Part shown: positions 49,964-61,600 of the stretch, piece after piece | How the letters are laid out: each line of letters begins with the position of its first letter | How positions within the stretch are numbered: the stretch's first letter is position 1 | Origin: Trichosphaerium sp. ATCC 40318 | Lineage: Eukaryota > Protista > Tubulinea | Assembly: GCA_038496445.1 (NCBI GenBank) | Contig: JALMLS010000179.1 | Coordinates: 124,001 to 188,000 of the forward strand | Reading direction: 5' to 3' | Length of the DNA stretch: 64,000 nucleotides | Made by a program: the position numbers and the translations under genes | The notes under the pieces: model-generated | Databases searched by the model: none | What the model was told of the DNA's origin: nothing | The model's input: the letters and a program-made list of their open reading frames with translations, nothing else

Positions 49964-50128
49964 CCCAAGGAGTTGACTCAACTTCTCCAGTTAATCCACC
50001 GATTGGGAGGTACCGCTATTAGCGCCAAGCATAGAAGACTCTCGCTTAAAACAAGAAAGAGAACATCCGGCTTGGACAACGGCCGTGGAGAAGGCTCAAG
50101 GTGACCGTGGGGTTTTATGGTTTTTTTT
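49964..50128 (+). ncRNA. Candidate structured RNA, unidentified
   Basis: GC-richer island with nested complementary segments, followed by a T8 run. Family not recognised and strand uncertain. Confidence 0.25.
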
Positions 50129-50178
50129 CAAAAAATTTGTTTTCACTAGGATAGTCAAGTCATCGTACCAATACAGGT

Positions 50179-51821
50179 TTAAGTCTTCACACCATATAAG
50201 TAATATCTGAGTTCTTTTCAGGGTCTACAAGGTCTTCTAGATTGTAAACAAGATCACCTCCGACACCCTTAAAGGTAGATAAGTAAAAACAACTAAATTT
50301 GAAAAAAAATTCAAGAATAAGCGTACCTTTGGATTAGGGAATGATAGCGAGGCGCAACATAACGCAAAGTGATTGTTCTTCTGGTAAGATGTACCATAGA
50401 GCCAATCATTAACAATATGTAAGCCCTCACAACGAAGTTGAGCTCGTATTTGGTGAGTCTTTCCAGTGATCAACTCAATAGTAAGCTCTTTCAATTCCTC
50501 CTTGAGGAACTCATCTATCAAAGGCTTCTCAAAACCCATTTGAGTAAGCGTAGAAGCTCTATAAATAATAAGAAGAAGCTCAACAAACACAAAGAAGCAA
50601 AAGAAAGAAAAAAAAACTTTTCAAGCCTTTTTAACTAATATACTCGTGCTCGTACCTTGCTGATTCTACCTTGTGAATAATCAGTGTTACTGCAACATCA
50701 TTCGTTTCTGATTTTTCTCGTTCGCATGATTTTCTCATTGTTTTTAATCTTTCTTCAAGAGGCATCTCCTCTTGTTTTACGTGTCCTTCTGTTTCAGTAT
50801 TCTTGAAGTACGTTTCAGGAGAGACACACATTTGTGGTGACTCTCCAGTAAGAAACCCAGCGTTATTATGGACACGCTCGTAGTAATGCTAAAAGGAATC
50901 GTTAGACTACAAGTCCAAAAGTATTTGACGCTGTAGAGACATACAGTGATTGTTTTAGGTAGTTTCCAATCGTTATCGGCTTTCCACCCAGATACAACGG
51001 CTCTGTATATCTTTGTTACGCGTTTATCACTTATTGCTTGATTATAGAACCGTTGAAAGGTTCTATTTGTTGCAAAAGTGAGCAAACCACTTGTACCAAC
51101 GTCTAAGAGCGCGTGAGAACGCAAGAAGAGAAACATAGGCTCAAAAAGTGATCACGTACCAAGTCTGGTTGTAACGCGCAAGTGGCTACCTGCTTGTCGT
51201 GGTAGCGTCCTCCTTAGATATTCTGTAAGGCAATCTACACCATTTGTTAGATATTGCCGTGCCAATAAAAATAAACTCACCGAGATAGTTGTCATAGACA
51301 GGAATGGTTGGTAATCCTCCTGGCTTATGAACAAGAACATAGCCTTCCTCTTGCTTTAAAATCAGCGGCCACGGTTTTGGCACTGCTTCCTTTCAATTTC
51401 TCAGTGACATACGCTTCAATATGTACCGCATGGTTGATATCTCTGCGGTCTAGGTGTTATCTGTATGAACAATAAGCAAAGAGATACCTCCTAATACTAT
51501 CGCGAGCGTTTTGCGTACGTTTATTTGCGTATTCTTCTGTATGAACTGATCAACGATAATACGCCTTTTCTTGATACGAACAGCGCCCAATTTAACTAGA
51601 CTACGCACTTTCTCTTCTTCCATACCGATAGCACTTTGTACAATATCTACAAGCCATCCTTCTTTCTCGGCGTTAAAATGAATCCTAGCACTCCTCAGAT
51701 TCTGCCAAGCAAGCCGCTCTAACATAATGAAAGGTTTATCTTCCTTTCGATGCTTTACTCGAGTAGCTGACGGTTTTTTGTTGAAACGCGAAGACAATTG
51801 AAAAAAGCTTTGAGCGTACAT
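50179..51821 (-). CDS. RluA/RluD-family RNA pseudouridine synthase; start at 51821 or 51725
   Basis: S4-like LVKLGAV, VHKPGGLP, TTRL|DVGTSGLL (catalytic Asp), KIYRAVV, ELITGKTHQIRAQL, IVNDWLYG. Confidence 0.88.
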
Positions 51822-51873
51822 ACAGGCGCTTAGTGCGTTTCGTACATGCTGCAACGGATTTACAGGTTTATTG

Positions 51874-53261
51874 ATGGAGCCTGAAACGTACAGAGATATT
51901 TACAATCTATTAAACGTAAAAGATGATGTAGCATCCATTTGTGATAAGTTTTGGTACTTGTCATGTCAACCCGCCAAAATCAAACATTTTTTAACGTCCA
52001 ATAGCATTGCACATGAAACAGCATTGTCTATATACTCCCAAAAGCTCCAAAACAACTTGAAGAAAGACGTTCCGTATCATTACAAGCCGCAAAACGCTTC
52101 ATCATATTTTAAACGGTACTGGCATATCAACGCCGCTGTTTTAATTCTTAAACGACCTATATCAGGTGGAAATCAGGAGAATCAATATATAATATTTCAC
52201 AGAGCCTTGATTTCCCTCCTGTACCTCTAGCACGTATAATACTTGCTCAGTGGCTCCGCGCATCGTTTCGAACTCGTATGTAATACACTTTCAACAAAGA
52301 AATCGTCGAAAACTTCAATTGGAGAAATGACACTTGACACATTTTTGTTTTTCGTGTCACTATTTAATTTGATCTTAATTTAACCCTATTTTGTTTTAAG
52401 GTGGGCGTAAAGCGGATAATGATAATAATGGTGCGAAGGAGTTAACGTATAATGCAGCAAAGAAAAAAGCAAAACAGCTAATAAGAATGACGGATGATAT
52501 AACAGACAAAAGACTTCAAGAAGAGGTCATAGAAGCTATACAACGAGATGATTGTTGTTCCCCTCATGTAGAGCAATTACGACAGTATCCTTATTACATA
52601 ATTTCACTGACTACCAAAAGGGATTGGAGCTCAATATTGTTTAATTTGTAGTTGTCGTTCTTTTTTTTAACTGAACAAAAAAGTTGGACAGGCAAAGAGT
52701 ATGAGTTCCTACTAGAGGAGAAGCTTGCAAGTGTAGGTATATCATTTAAATCAGAAGAAACACTAAGAGAGATGGGTTACCCCAAAACGCCAGATGTATT
52801 TTTACCAGTGCCCATCGGTAAGCAAAATAATAATAATTTAGTTTTTGTTTATGTTAAACTTTTTTGTTTGTTTAGTTGTTAAAGGATTTGTTGTGAATTG
52901 GATAGAAAGTAAAGCTTTATTTGGAGACGCTGAAATACATAAATCATACTTGAAAGATCAGTTACGCGGTTATAGAAATCGGTATGGTCCAGGCACGTGA
53001 TCATTTTGTTGCTTTATGTCAAACCTACGTTGACACTTGCCAAGTTATCATATCAACATGTTACTAACAATAAGATATTACATAGGTCTTGTCATCTACT
53101 GGTTTGGATTTGAGCTATCACCGGATTTGAATAAAGATAAAGATATTTTGGTACTTAGTGAATCTTTCACACCGAGAAATGTTTTCGCTTACTGTTTTTT
53201 TTAGGTACTTGACCACTTTCCAAGACCAGAAGATATTGTAACAATAAACTTTGGACAGTAG
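51874..53261 (+). CDS. CDIN1: CDIN1/C15orf41-like (TPD-domain, PD-(D/E)xK-like) protein
   Basis: [42 protein letters not shown]|GLVIYWFGF. Confidence 0.9.
52585..52683 (+). other. U12-type intron in CDIN1
   Basis: GTATCCTTA donor, TTTTTTAAC branch, AAG acceptor. Removal restores QLR-H-WTGKEYE. Confidence 0.8.
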
Positions 53262-53694
53262 TATTAAAAGGGCTGCGTTTTGTTTCCAATTTTCGAGAAC
53301 AAGTGATACAGGGTGTCTAGAAAAAGAAGTTCCGCATTTTTGTCTTTTTTCTGTATTCAGTTTTGCAATTTTTCACTAAGTTAACCTTGTTTGTTTGGTA
53401 TGATAATGGCAAAGCAACGCTCTTACATTAAGACCAAAATTGAAGGAAATTACAAGGTGTGGCATAATATTCTCTCGAATGCTTATTACCAACCATATTT
53501 CTCTACAACATGGCAAACACAGAGAATACAATGGCAAGCATCCAATATGTTAAGTATTCTAACAGGTTCCTTACTTGCATGCTTGGTTCCTAACCTGCAA
53601 GGTTATCTACAGATAAAGAAAAAAGACATATGATGCAAAGAATCACCCAGTGATCTAATACATCCGTTTGTGGACAAATGCAGTTGATTGTACT

Positions 53695-55359
53695 TTATTT
53701 GTACAGCGATGCTACCGCTTTTTTATTGGCTTTAAGGATATCCAGTACTTTACTGATAAAAGACAAATGAACCTTTGATAATCCGTAACGAGAGTTCAAA
53801 TCCATTCCCCATGACATTCTTTTAATAAGATCATCTACATCACTTGATAACTTTTTGTATATTTTTCCCAGCTTCTTATTAGTAATATTATTTGCAATAT
53901 TGACTATGCCATCGCATAATCCTTTACGAAATAGAGTCATACCTACACAACACGTGAGCGAATTTATTATTGGCAAAAAAACTACAGACAAACTCCAACG
54001 AACCCTCGCTTGTTATTGTTATGCCTGTCTGTGCTTTAATTGTTGATGCGCATTTAGTGAGTAATGTACCAGGATCATTCACATTTATAAGTTCTTTTAT
54101 AAGAGTTGATACCTATGGCAGTGTAAACACAGAGTTGGAAGAAAACAATTGATTGTATTTTTCCTAGTTTTTTCTTTGTTTCGTTTTGGCGCACTTACCT
54201 TCCCAAGATACTCGTCACAGCTCTTTTGGTTTTTTGTTGGATCTATACATGTTGTAGTATTATCAAGGCCAACGATTGGTCTTTTTATATCCTTCATAAA
54301 GAAGAAATTTGTAAGGTTTCCCTCATTCTTCCTACATTGTCGAGTTAGCTGACTTTGACAATGAAGAGGGTTACAACTACCGCGTACCAAATCAACGGAA
54401 TTCTATCCCAATTGTTAAGTAACATATCGAACATTACAACATGACCCAAAGCGCTACAAGAAGAAGTAAGTTAGCTTTACTACAAAACTCTGAATTCTAC
54501 TCGGTGATGTCTAAGTCCATACCGAAGTGATGCTGCACCTAATGGTGTTTTATCATCTAGTGGATTAACACCGATATTGCAATGATGATAAAAATCGCTT
54601 CCTGGTTCGTAAGCCTGTTTATGGTAAGCACGAATTGTCTTTTTTTTTTTCAATGATTTATAGTACCATTACTACGATGATAGGTAAATACATAAGTTTA
54701 CCATGTTTTCCGCGATTCCTTGGAATCTTGAGCTTATCTAACCTGCCAAACGCGTTCCCAATGTCATTGAATTCTGGTCCAAACTTATACCTGACGTATC
54801 GCACAGCTGGCACTAATCATAGTTGCATGAGTAATTGTTAAATAATTCACTTTATGTACCTGCTATATTAGCGCACTTGGCAACTTCTTGAGCAAAGATG
54901 TCGGCCATAACTTAAACAGGTGTCAAATAACTGATTAAGTCATCAAGTTTTCGGACGTTGCGGAACAAAAATGACTTTTCTTACCTGTAGAAGATCCTTT
55001 AATCACTACTACACCGCCATAATTCCAACCAAAGAAGAAAGCACCCTCGGCACCTAAAAAAAGAAATGTTAACAATTGTTCGTATCAAACAAGCAAAGAA
55101 ATGTACCTGACGCCGAAGCAGAGAACCCTATAGCCTTTGACCAGTCTATTGAATTAATATCCTTTCGCTTAGCTTTCTTTGCGTCAAACTGCCAACTGGT
55201 GTCTTTCTCGTCTGCTGTAGCTATCCAAGACTTCTTCTTACCCTTACCAGATGGTGGTAAAGGTGCTGTAGGTGCATTTGGTGGAGTAACCACCTTGCCT
55301 TGTTTCTTTTTAGCTTTAGCTTGTGGAACTGGAGGAGGTGGAGGAGGTGGAGCTAACAT
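53695..55359 (-). CDS. Actin-fragmin kinase-like atypical kinase with an N-terminal polyproline tract
   Basis: IDWSK...S.SG|AEGAFF...GVVVIKGS, VPAVR, VVM|AYEPG, LGHVVMFDMLLNNWDRIPLIW, NEGNLTNF, IVGLDN. Confidence 0.8.
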
Positions 55360-55507
55360 GTTTTTAAATTAATACTGCAATGAACCAAAAATACGTGAAA
55401 TTCGTCAAAAAAACGTAAAGAAATTTCGCAATATTTTATTTACACTTTCACTTGACATCCTTGTCTTCACATACATACAAAAAAATATCGTTAAATCATG
55501 AACAATA

Positions 55508-56360
55508 TTAAACTTCAACGTGTAGTGATACTCTCACAATCAACCGAAATCCTTGGTCATCATAAGGGTACCCATCAAATCCTTTGTATCTTTTTCTTAC
55601 TTTTTCAACTGTACAATCCAAACCATACAACCTCTTTATCCAATTTGCAACATCATAAAAACTATTATCTAGTCAATGGTTGTTCACTTACTTTAGTACG
55701 TACTTGACATTTTGAGGTACTGATGTGTCAACTTTATTTTCACGTGCAGGGTAGTAGCATTCCGTAGCCCAACTAAACAGCCATATAAACGACGTACACT
55801 CCATTCTCTTTCTTAAGTTCTCTGCTACTATTGCGCTCATTGTAGGCCAAACACTTACAAGCCATTCTCTAGACTTTACTACATTCGCGGAGTGCCAATA
55901 TTGTTCACGTGCTTCCCGTAATGAAGATATTATTGCTACAAAAAGCGAAATAAAAAATCAATACCCAAACAAAAAAACGAACCAAAAACGCCATCACTGT
56001 GATGCTCTCTGCGTGACGTGACGTACCTTGTTTAGCCGGAAACACGTGATGTGTTGGAGCTTGGATTTGATAATAATCAAGCTCTGTGAGTATCTGTTCG
56101 CGTGTAAAAGGCGGTATTGGTTCAAATACGCCAGTTCGTAAGTACTCCAATACAGCTTCAAATTTTCTTCCATTACGGTCTATAAAAATGTATCCTTTCT
56201 TATCTGTTACTATTTTGAGAGTTTCTGTACGCTTGTGTTCCAAAATACGCGTTAATAAGTTTTCTCCCCGAGCTGCCAGTGTAGACTGTGTTGTCAAGAA
56301 CTTTATACCACCTACATTAAGCTTTATAATAGGTTCGTCTACTTTTAAGGATGGAAACAT
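55508..56360 (-). CDS. KCTD-type BTB/POZ (T1) domain protein
   Basis: IIKLNVGGIKFLTTQSTL...GYIFIDRNGRKFEAVLEYLRTG...ELDYYQI, plus two further exons. Confidence 0.88.
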
Positions 56361-56695
56361 TTACAGTTGTTATCTAAAATAAACAGAATTGCTAGGACTA
56401 AAATTGGCACGTGATTTTCATGACTATGTTTACTGGTGAATGCGACTTTGGTTTGTATGACCTGCAACTAGATTAACCACTTTTCAAGAGGGTCACACGC
56501 CACCAGAGCTGCAATAGTAGTAGGTTGATAGTGTTCTCTTTTTCGTTTATTTTGGTAAACGTTGAAAAATTCTTTTATTTTTTTTCAAGATCTTCTTTAT
56601 CCTGTACTACATCTTGATTCGAATGGAGTATAAGATACTAATAACTAACTATAAGTACACAAACATAAGGATTTCTGAGTTCTGGTTCTGTTTTT

Positions 56696-58506
56696 TTAGA
56701 TACTAAACCTTCCATAGCCAACATTCTCAAGAAAATTTACTCTTTCGAATGTAGCTTCTCTTCCTCTCTTTTTGATAATCTCTCTTGTACCCATAATATC
56801 TTTTTTCATGAGAATATCATCCTCATCAACATTCCAAGGCTTTATACGTAAACCAGAAACAGCTAAAAAGTCAAGTAAGTCAAGACTGCAAAAGAACCAG
56901 AGTTTATGGAAAAAAATTTACCTCCTTTTGCTAACAAATACTCTCTTGCTGGATTAACGTTCCCAGAGTAGACTACCAATGCGTATAGTACAATTTCCAT
57001 CTTAAATCTATACATCAATAACATTAGAATAAAACCTCGTTTCTCAAATCTTCAAGGCATATAATGCCTACATACCCAGTCTCAGTTTGAAGATCGTCAA
57101 TAACCCTTTATAAGAAATAGTCAAAAATCTGCTTATTTGTACAAGCGATGTTGGAAAACTTTTTCAACATACTTTTTTATGTACTCATCTCTAGCAACTA
57201 AAGGGAATCTAAAACATACCCATGCTTAGTACACCAACCAAAATAATTGTTTTAAAATAATACAATGCATTACTTACGGACTTCTTTGCCGTTTTGGGTC
57301 AGGAAGGTTGCTGTCGGAGTCTTTTCTTTTCCTTTTTAGCTTCGAGAAAAAGTAAGAAAATAATAGGAAAAAAGAAGTATGAAAAAGGACTCTTGACGTA
57401 CTGGTGTACTGGTCTCATCAACTTCACTGATAGGTATATCTGGTTTAGATGTTACTATGCGCTTATATCTTGCCATTAAACTCTGAGCTGTTCTCTTGCC
57501 CTTGCAGACCCTTTTTTTTGCAATTACCCAAAAGTTTAAATGCTAGATAACATTAGTCAGTGGCAATCGTATTTCTTTCATTTATCATTAAAAATATTCT
57601 GAAAATATGTGAATATCTTAGACAGGTACATCAAGTCATAAACATCATCAAGATAATTTAGCAAAGTCAGCAAAATAATAATTGGCGTTTGGAAAAAGTT
57701 TTTTTTAGCGTAAATATCTGTCTCCCTCATACAGCTTGGTATCTTTATAATATTTAATTCAGAAACACATAACCTTATCACTAACCACCGAGATAAGTAG
57801 AACTTGGAAATGATCTGGTGCGTGAGGGAGACAAACGTTTACGTTCTTTCCAACAAATATGAAAAAAAAACAGTCACGTGCATTTGTTTCAAACGGAATG
57901 CCAGCAGCATAGTTTTTTACATAGCGTATAATAGCATCGTCATCTGTTTTAGAGTAATGCTCCAGGTTCGTCTTTTTTACAGGTGAAAGAATTTGTGACC
58001 GAGAAATGGCATATTTTGCTACTGACTACAAAGAGGAATAAGTGACAAGAAAAAAAAAAACAAGTGTTATTTATGGAAATAGCTCGCTTTTTATTGTTTT
58101 AGTGAGCTAGCGTTGCGTGTATGCTTTTAGTTGCCTTTGTTTGGTTTTATTAGAAAAACGCGCTGTTGCGTACCAAAAACCGTTTGTGTTTGATACAGTT
58201 GGGTATAAACTCTTCTTTAACCGCGTTTACTCCTGGTGGTGCGTATTCACCGTCTAGGACTATATGAAGCACGTTACATGCCTCTGGAGACTCTGATACA
58301 ACACCTCCATGCTCCTAGTTGCCAATTAAACTCGTTTAATAATTAAAAAAAAAGTCATTTTGGCGGTATTTAAAACGTACTCTTATTTGCTCTGCTATTT
58401 CTTTGCCTTCATCAGAATCTTCGTGTACATAGAATTGTCTCGATTGTATTTCGCCTTCAAGAAGAAATTCAAATACGCGAGGCTTTGTGACAGGTTGCTT
58501 GCTCAT
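56696..58506 (-). CDS. RAP1: RAP1/TERF2IP-like telomere protein (BRCT - Myb - RCT); last exon uncertain
   Basis: BRCT: FYV...IAEQIR|EHGGVV...VKEEFIPNCIK. Myb: YSKTDDDAIIRYVKNY...N|HLNFW...RTAQSLMARY. RCT: VLYALVVYSGNVNPAREYL...PWNVDEDDIL...IIKKRGREATFERVNFL. Confidence 0.78.
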
Positions 58507-58681
58507 AGTTGCTGAAATATATTGTTTTAACTTAACCACAGTGTCAAAAGTTAACAAAACGTTACTCAAGTACAGGTTATACTATTGTATATGCCTAGGG
58601 AGTGTTCAAGATACAAAGTTGTTGAAAACGTGCTGATAGTTTAAGTTAGACGTTGTGTTTGGATTACTGTTGCCATACGTT

Positions 58682-61600
58682 ATGCAACGCTTGGTGGGCC
58701 TCAATTCCGCGCGTCTAACGCGACAACAGAGACTTCCAAGTGCGAAAACTCGTGTACAGACTAGCAAGTGAGTTCACTCTTTTAACGCCGTGACACGCTA
58801 CCATAGACTCACTTGATATTAACTACGAAAAATTAGCGCCAAATTACGTGTATTACTACCACAACACCACAAACCAGTTTTCCAAGCGCGTCAATACCGT
58901 ACATCTGTCTTAAATCATGAAGCAGCAAAAGATGCTAGTAAGAGCGAGCCAATATGGGAGGAAGTATATCAGAAGAAGAGCCCAATACAGCACATCCTAT
59001 TGCGTCCAGACAGCTACGTAGGCAAGAACGCGTACATTTTTATCAAAACGCCGTTAAAATAGCTTTGACGCATACAATGTATTATGCAGCGATCGTTTAT
59101 GCTGTTTCTTGCTTTTGTTCCTAACATCAAAAAATAATACTTATTCTGTACGCGTAGGAAGCATAAAAGAAGCCAATGAAAAGCGTTGGATCATGAATGA
59201 GGAAAAATTTCGCTTATTGTAAGCAGCACAAAGCGTTTTTTTTTGACATATTTTTATTTTATTTTAACGTCTTTTTCTTAATCTTCACCTAGGGATTGTT
59301 CTTTTGTACCTGGACTTGTAAAAATATTCGATGAGATACTAGTGAATGCAGCTGATAATATACAGCGTCATAACAATACTGTACGATTGATTACATACGA
59401 ACTTAAAACAAAACTTTTTTTTTTCAATCTTTTTTTTCCCTTTTTTTTTGCTGCTTCAGTTGAGTGTCTGTGGCGTTTTTATTTACATTTACGCTGTAGA
59501 AAGAAATAAGAGTATGGATTAACGAAGAAGATAATCTCATATCAGTCTACAATGACGGTTATTGTATACCAGTAGTGTTGCATAAAGGAGAGGGTATGTC
59601 GTACTTTTATGATAGTTTTTAACGCATCACGTTATTGATAATTCACTATAAATGATGTATATGTGTTTATGTGAATCTAAAGATGTATTTTAGGCATTTA
59701 CATACCTCAACTTGTTCTTGGACAGTTATTGACAGGTTCAAATTTTAATGATCAAGTTTCCAAAGTTACAGGTGGTAGAAATGGTATGTTTATTCAAATA
59801 GGAATACACGTGTATTTTATATCGGCTATTATTCTATATACCCTTTAAAAGGTTTTAAGTTTAAACTAAGTGAACTCTGTGCGTAGGTTATGGTGCAAAG
59901 TTAACGAATATTTTTTCGACACATTTTCAAGTAGAAATTGTTGATGGAAGACGTGGACTCAAATACACTCAAGTATGGCTTTCAGATCGCTTTGAATATC
60001 AATGCAACCCTTTTACATATTCTAACGATCATTGAACAATAGACGTGGAGTGGAAACATGCAAAAGTCTGATCCTGTCATTGAAAAAATCGAAAAAGGAG
60101 CTGCAGATTATACTCAAGTAAAAGCTTTTTTTTTTGACTTTCGGCATTTGTCTTACCATGATCTTTTTAGGTAACGTTTCAACCTGATCTTGAAAAATTT
60201 GGTATTAAAACATTGGGCGCAGACAATAGTGTTGATTTGATGAAACGGCGTGTTTATGATATTGCTGCATGTAATGAGGTAAGATTTTCAAAAAACTCGC
60301 CCGAATTGATTTAACACTTATGTCAGTTTTTTTTTCTTTCTATTTCGTGCTTTCTTGCACCAATGTAATTTTGTTTTTCGCGTATCATAATGTTTTTTTT
60401 AATCTCTGTAACACACTATCAAATACTTAAGCCTTGTGTTTGTTGGTTTTCCAATAGAGTATAATAAGTCAAACTTTTATTTGACTGGGAATTTTTTTTC
60501 AGCGGTGTTTATAACGCTAGCTCGCCTTAGCTTTCTGTTGAGCGAATGTCGCAATTGTATTCCCAATATTTTATAAGTTTAATATGATTTGAATGCTGTT
60601 TCATGTGAGTTCAGTGTGTTAACTCTTGTACAGGGTGTTGATATTTATTTGAATGATCAGAAATTATCAAGTTCTTTTGAAGGATTCTTCAACCTCTTCA
60701 ACCTAGACAGCGGCGGTGGTATGATTTTAAAACTAACTGATTGTATTCCCTTACTAATTGTAATTAGGTGTGTTTAAACGTATTCACAAGCGTTGGGAGA
60801 TAGGCGTGGGTGTTGCAAAGGATTCTTCGTTTGCTCAAGTTTCATTTGTAAACTCAATCAACACAGTTCGAGGTATACACTGTTTCGTTCATCTCTCTTT
60901 TGCTAACAAAATGTTTTCTAGGTGGTACACATGTTACAGCTGTAGTTGATCAAATTGTAAATCACATAATGACTTTCTTGGCCAAGAAGCATAAAGACAC
61001 AACTGTAAATAAGGCTACTGTAAGAAACAACCTAGTTGTTTTTGTAAATTGGTACGCAAGCAGCCCAAGACATTATAACAACCTCAACAATAACTATATA
61101 CCACTAATTATTTTAATTTAGCTTAGTAGAGAACCCTTCATTCGATGCACAGACGAAGGAAACTCTAACAACTCCTCCAAAGGACTTTGGATCAAAACCA
61201 AAAGTTCCGCCTGAGTTTATTCAAGGTTTTATTGAAAATACTCCAATCATAGATGTTATACTAGCTCAAACACAGGCTAGAGTATGTTACTTTCATTATA
61301 TCGTAGTTTGTTCTCATACGTATCATTAGGAACGTGCAGCCTTGATCCGTAGTTCTAAGTCTTCTGGTCGTTTTGCGATCCTTGACGTTCCAAAATTGGA
61401 AGATGCAGGTTAGTGTCTTTGTGTTAAGTATTGATGATGACTCACTGCTCGTTAGGTTTGGCTGGATCCAAGAAAGCAAGGGAATGTACTCTCATTTTGA
61501 CAGAGGGTGACTCTGCAAAGGCTATGGCAGTTGCTGGTCTTGCTAATTTGAACCGCGAATATTATGGAGTATTTCCACTAAGAGGTAAAATTACACAAAC

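Noticed and set aside
5546-55359. Functional cluster linking the actin-like fusion gene and the actin-fragmin kinase
   Set aside because: They are about 45 kb apart with many unrelated genes between them, so co-location is probably chance.
34057-56200. Other RTATCCT hits (34058, 54287, 55157, 56190) as U12 donors
   Set aside because: They lie antisense to coding exons or exon boundaries of minus-strand genes, so they are not donors.
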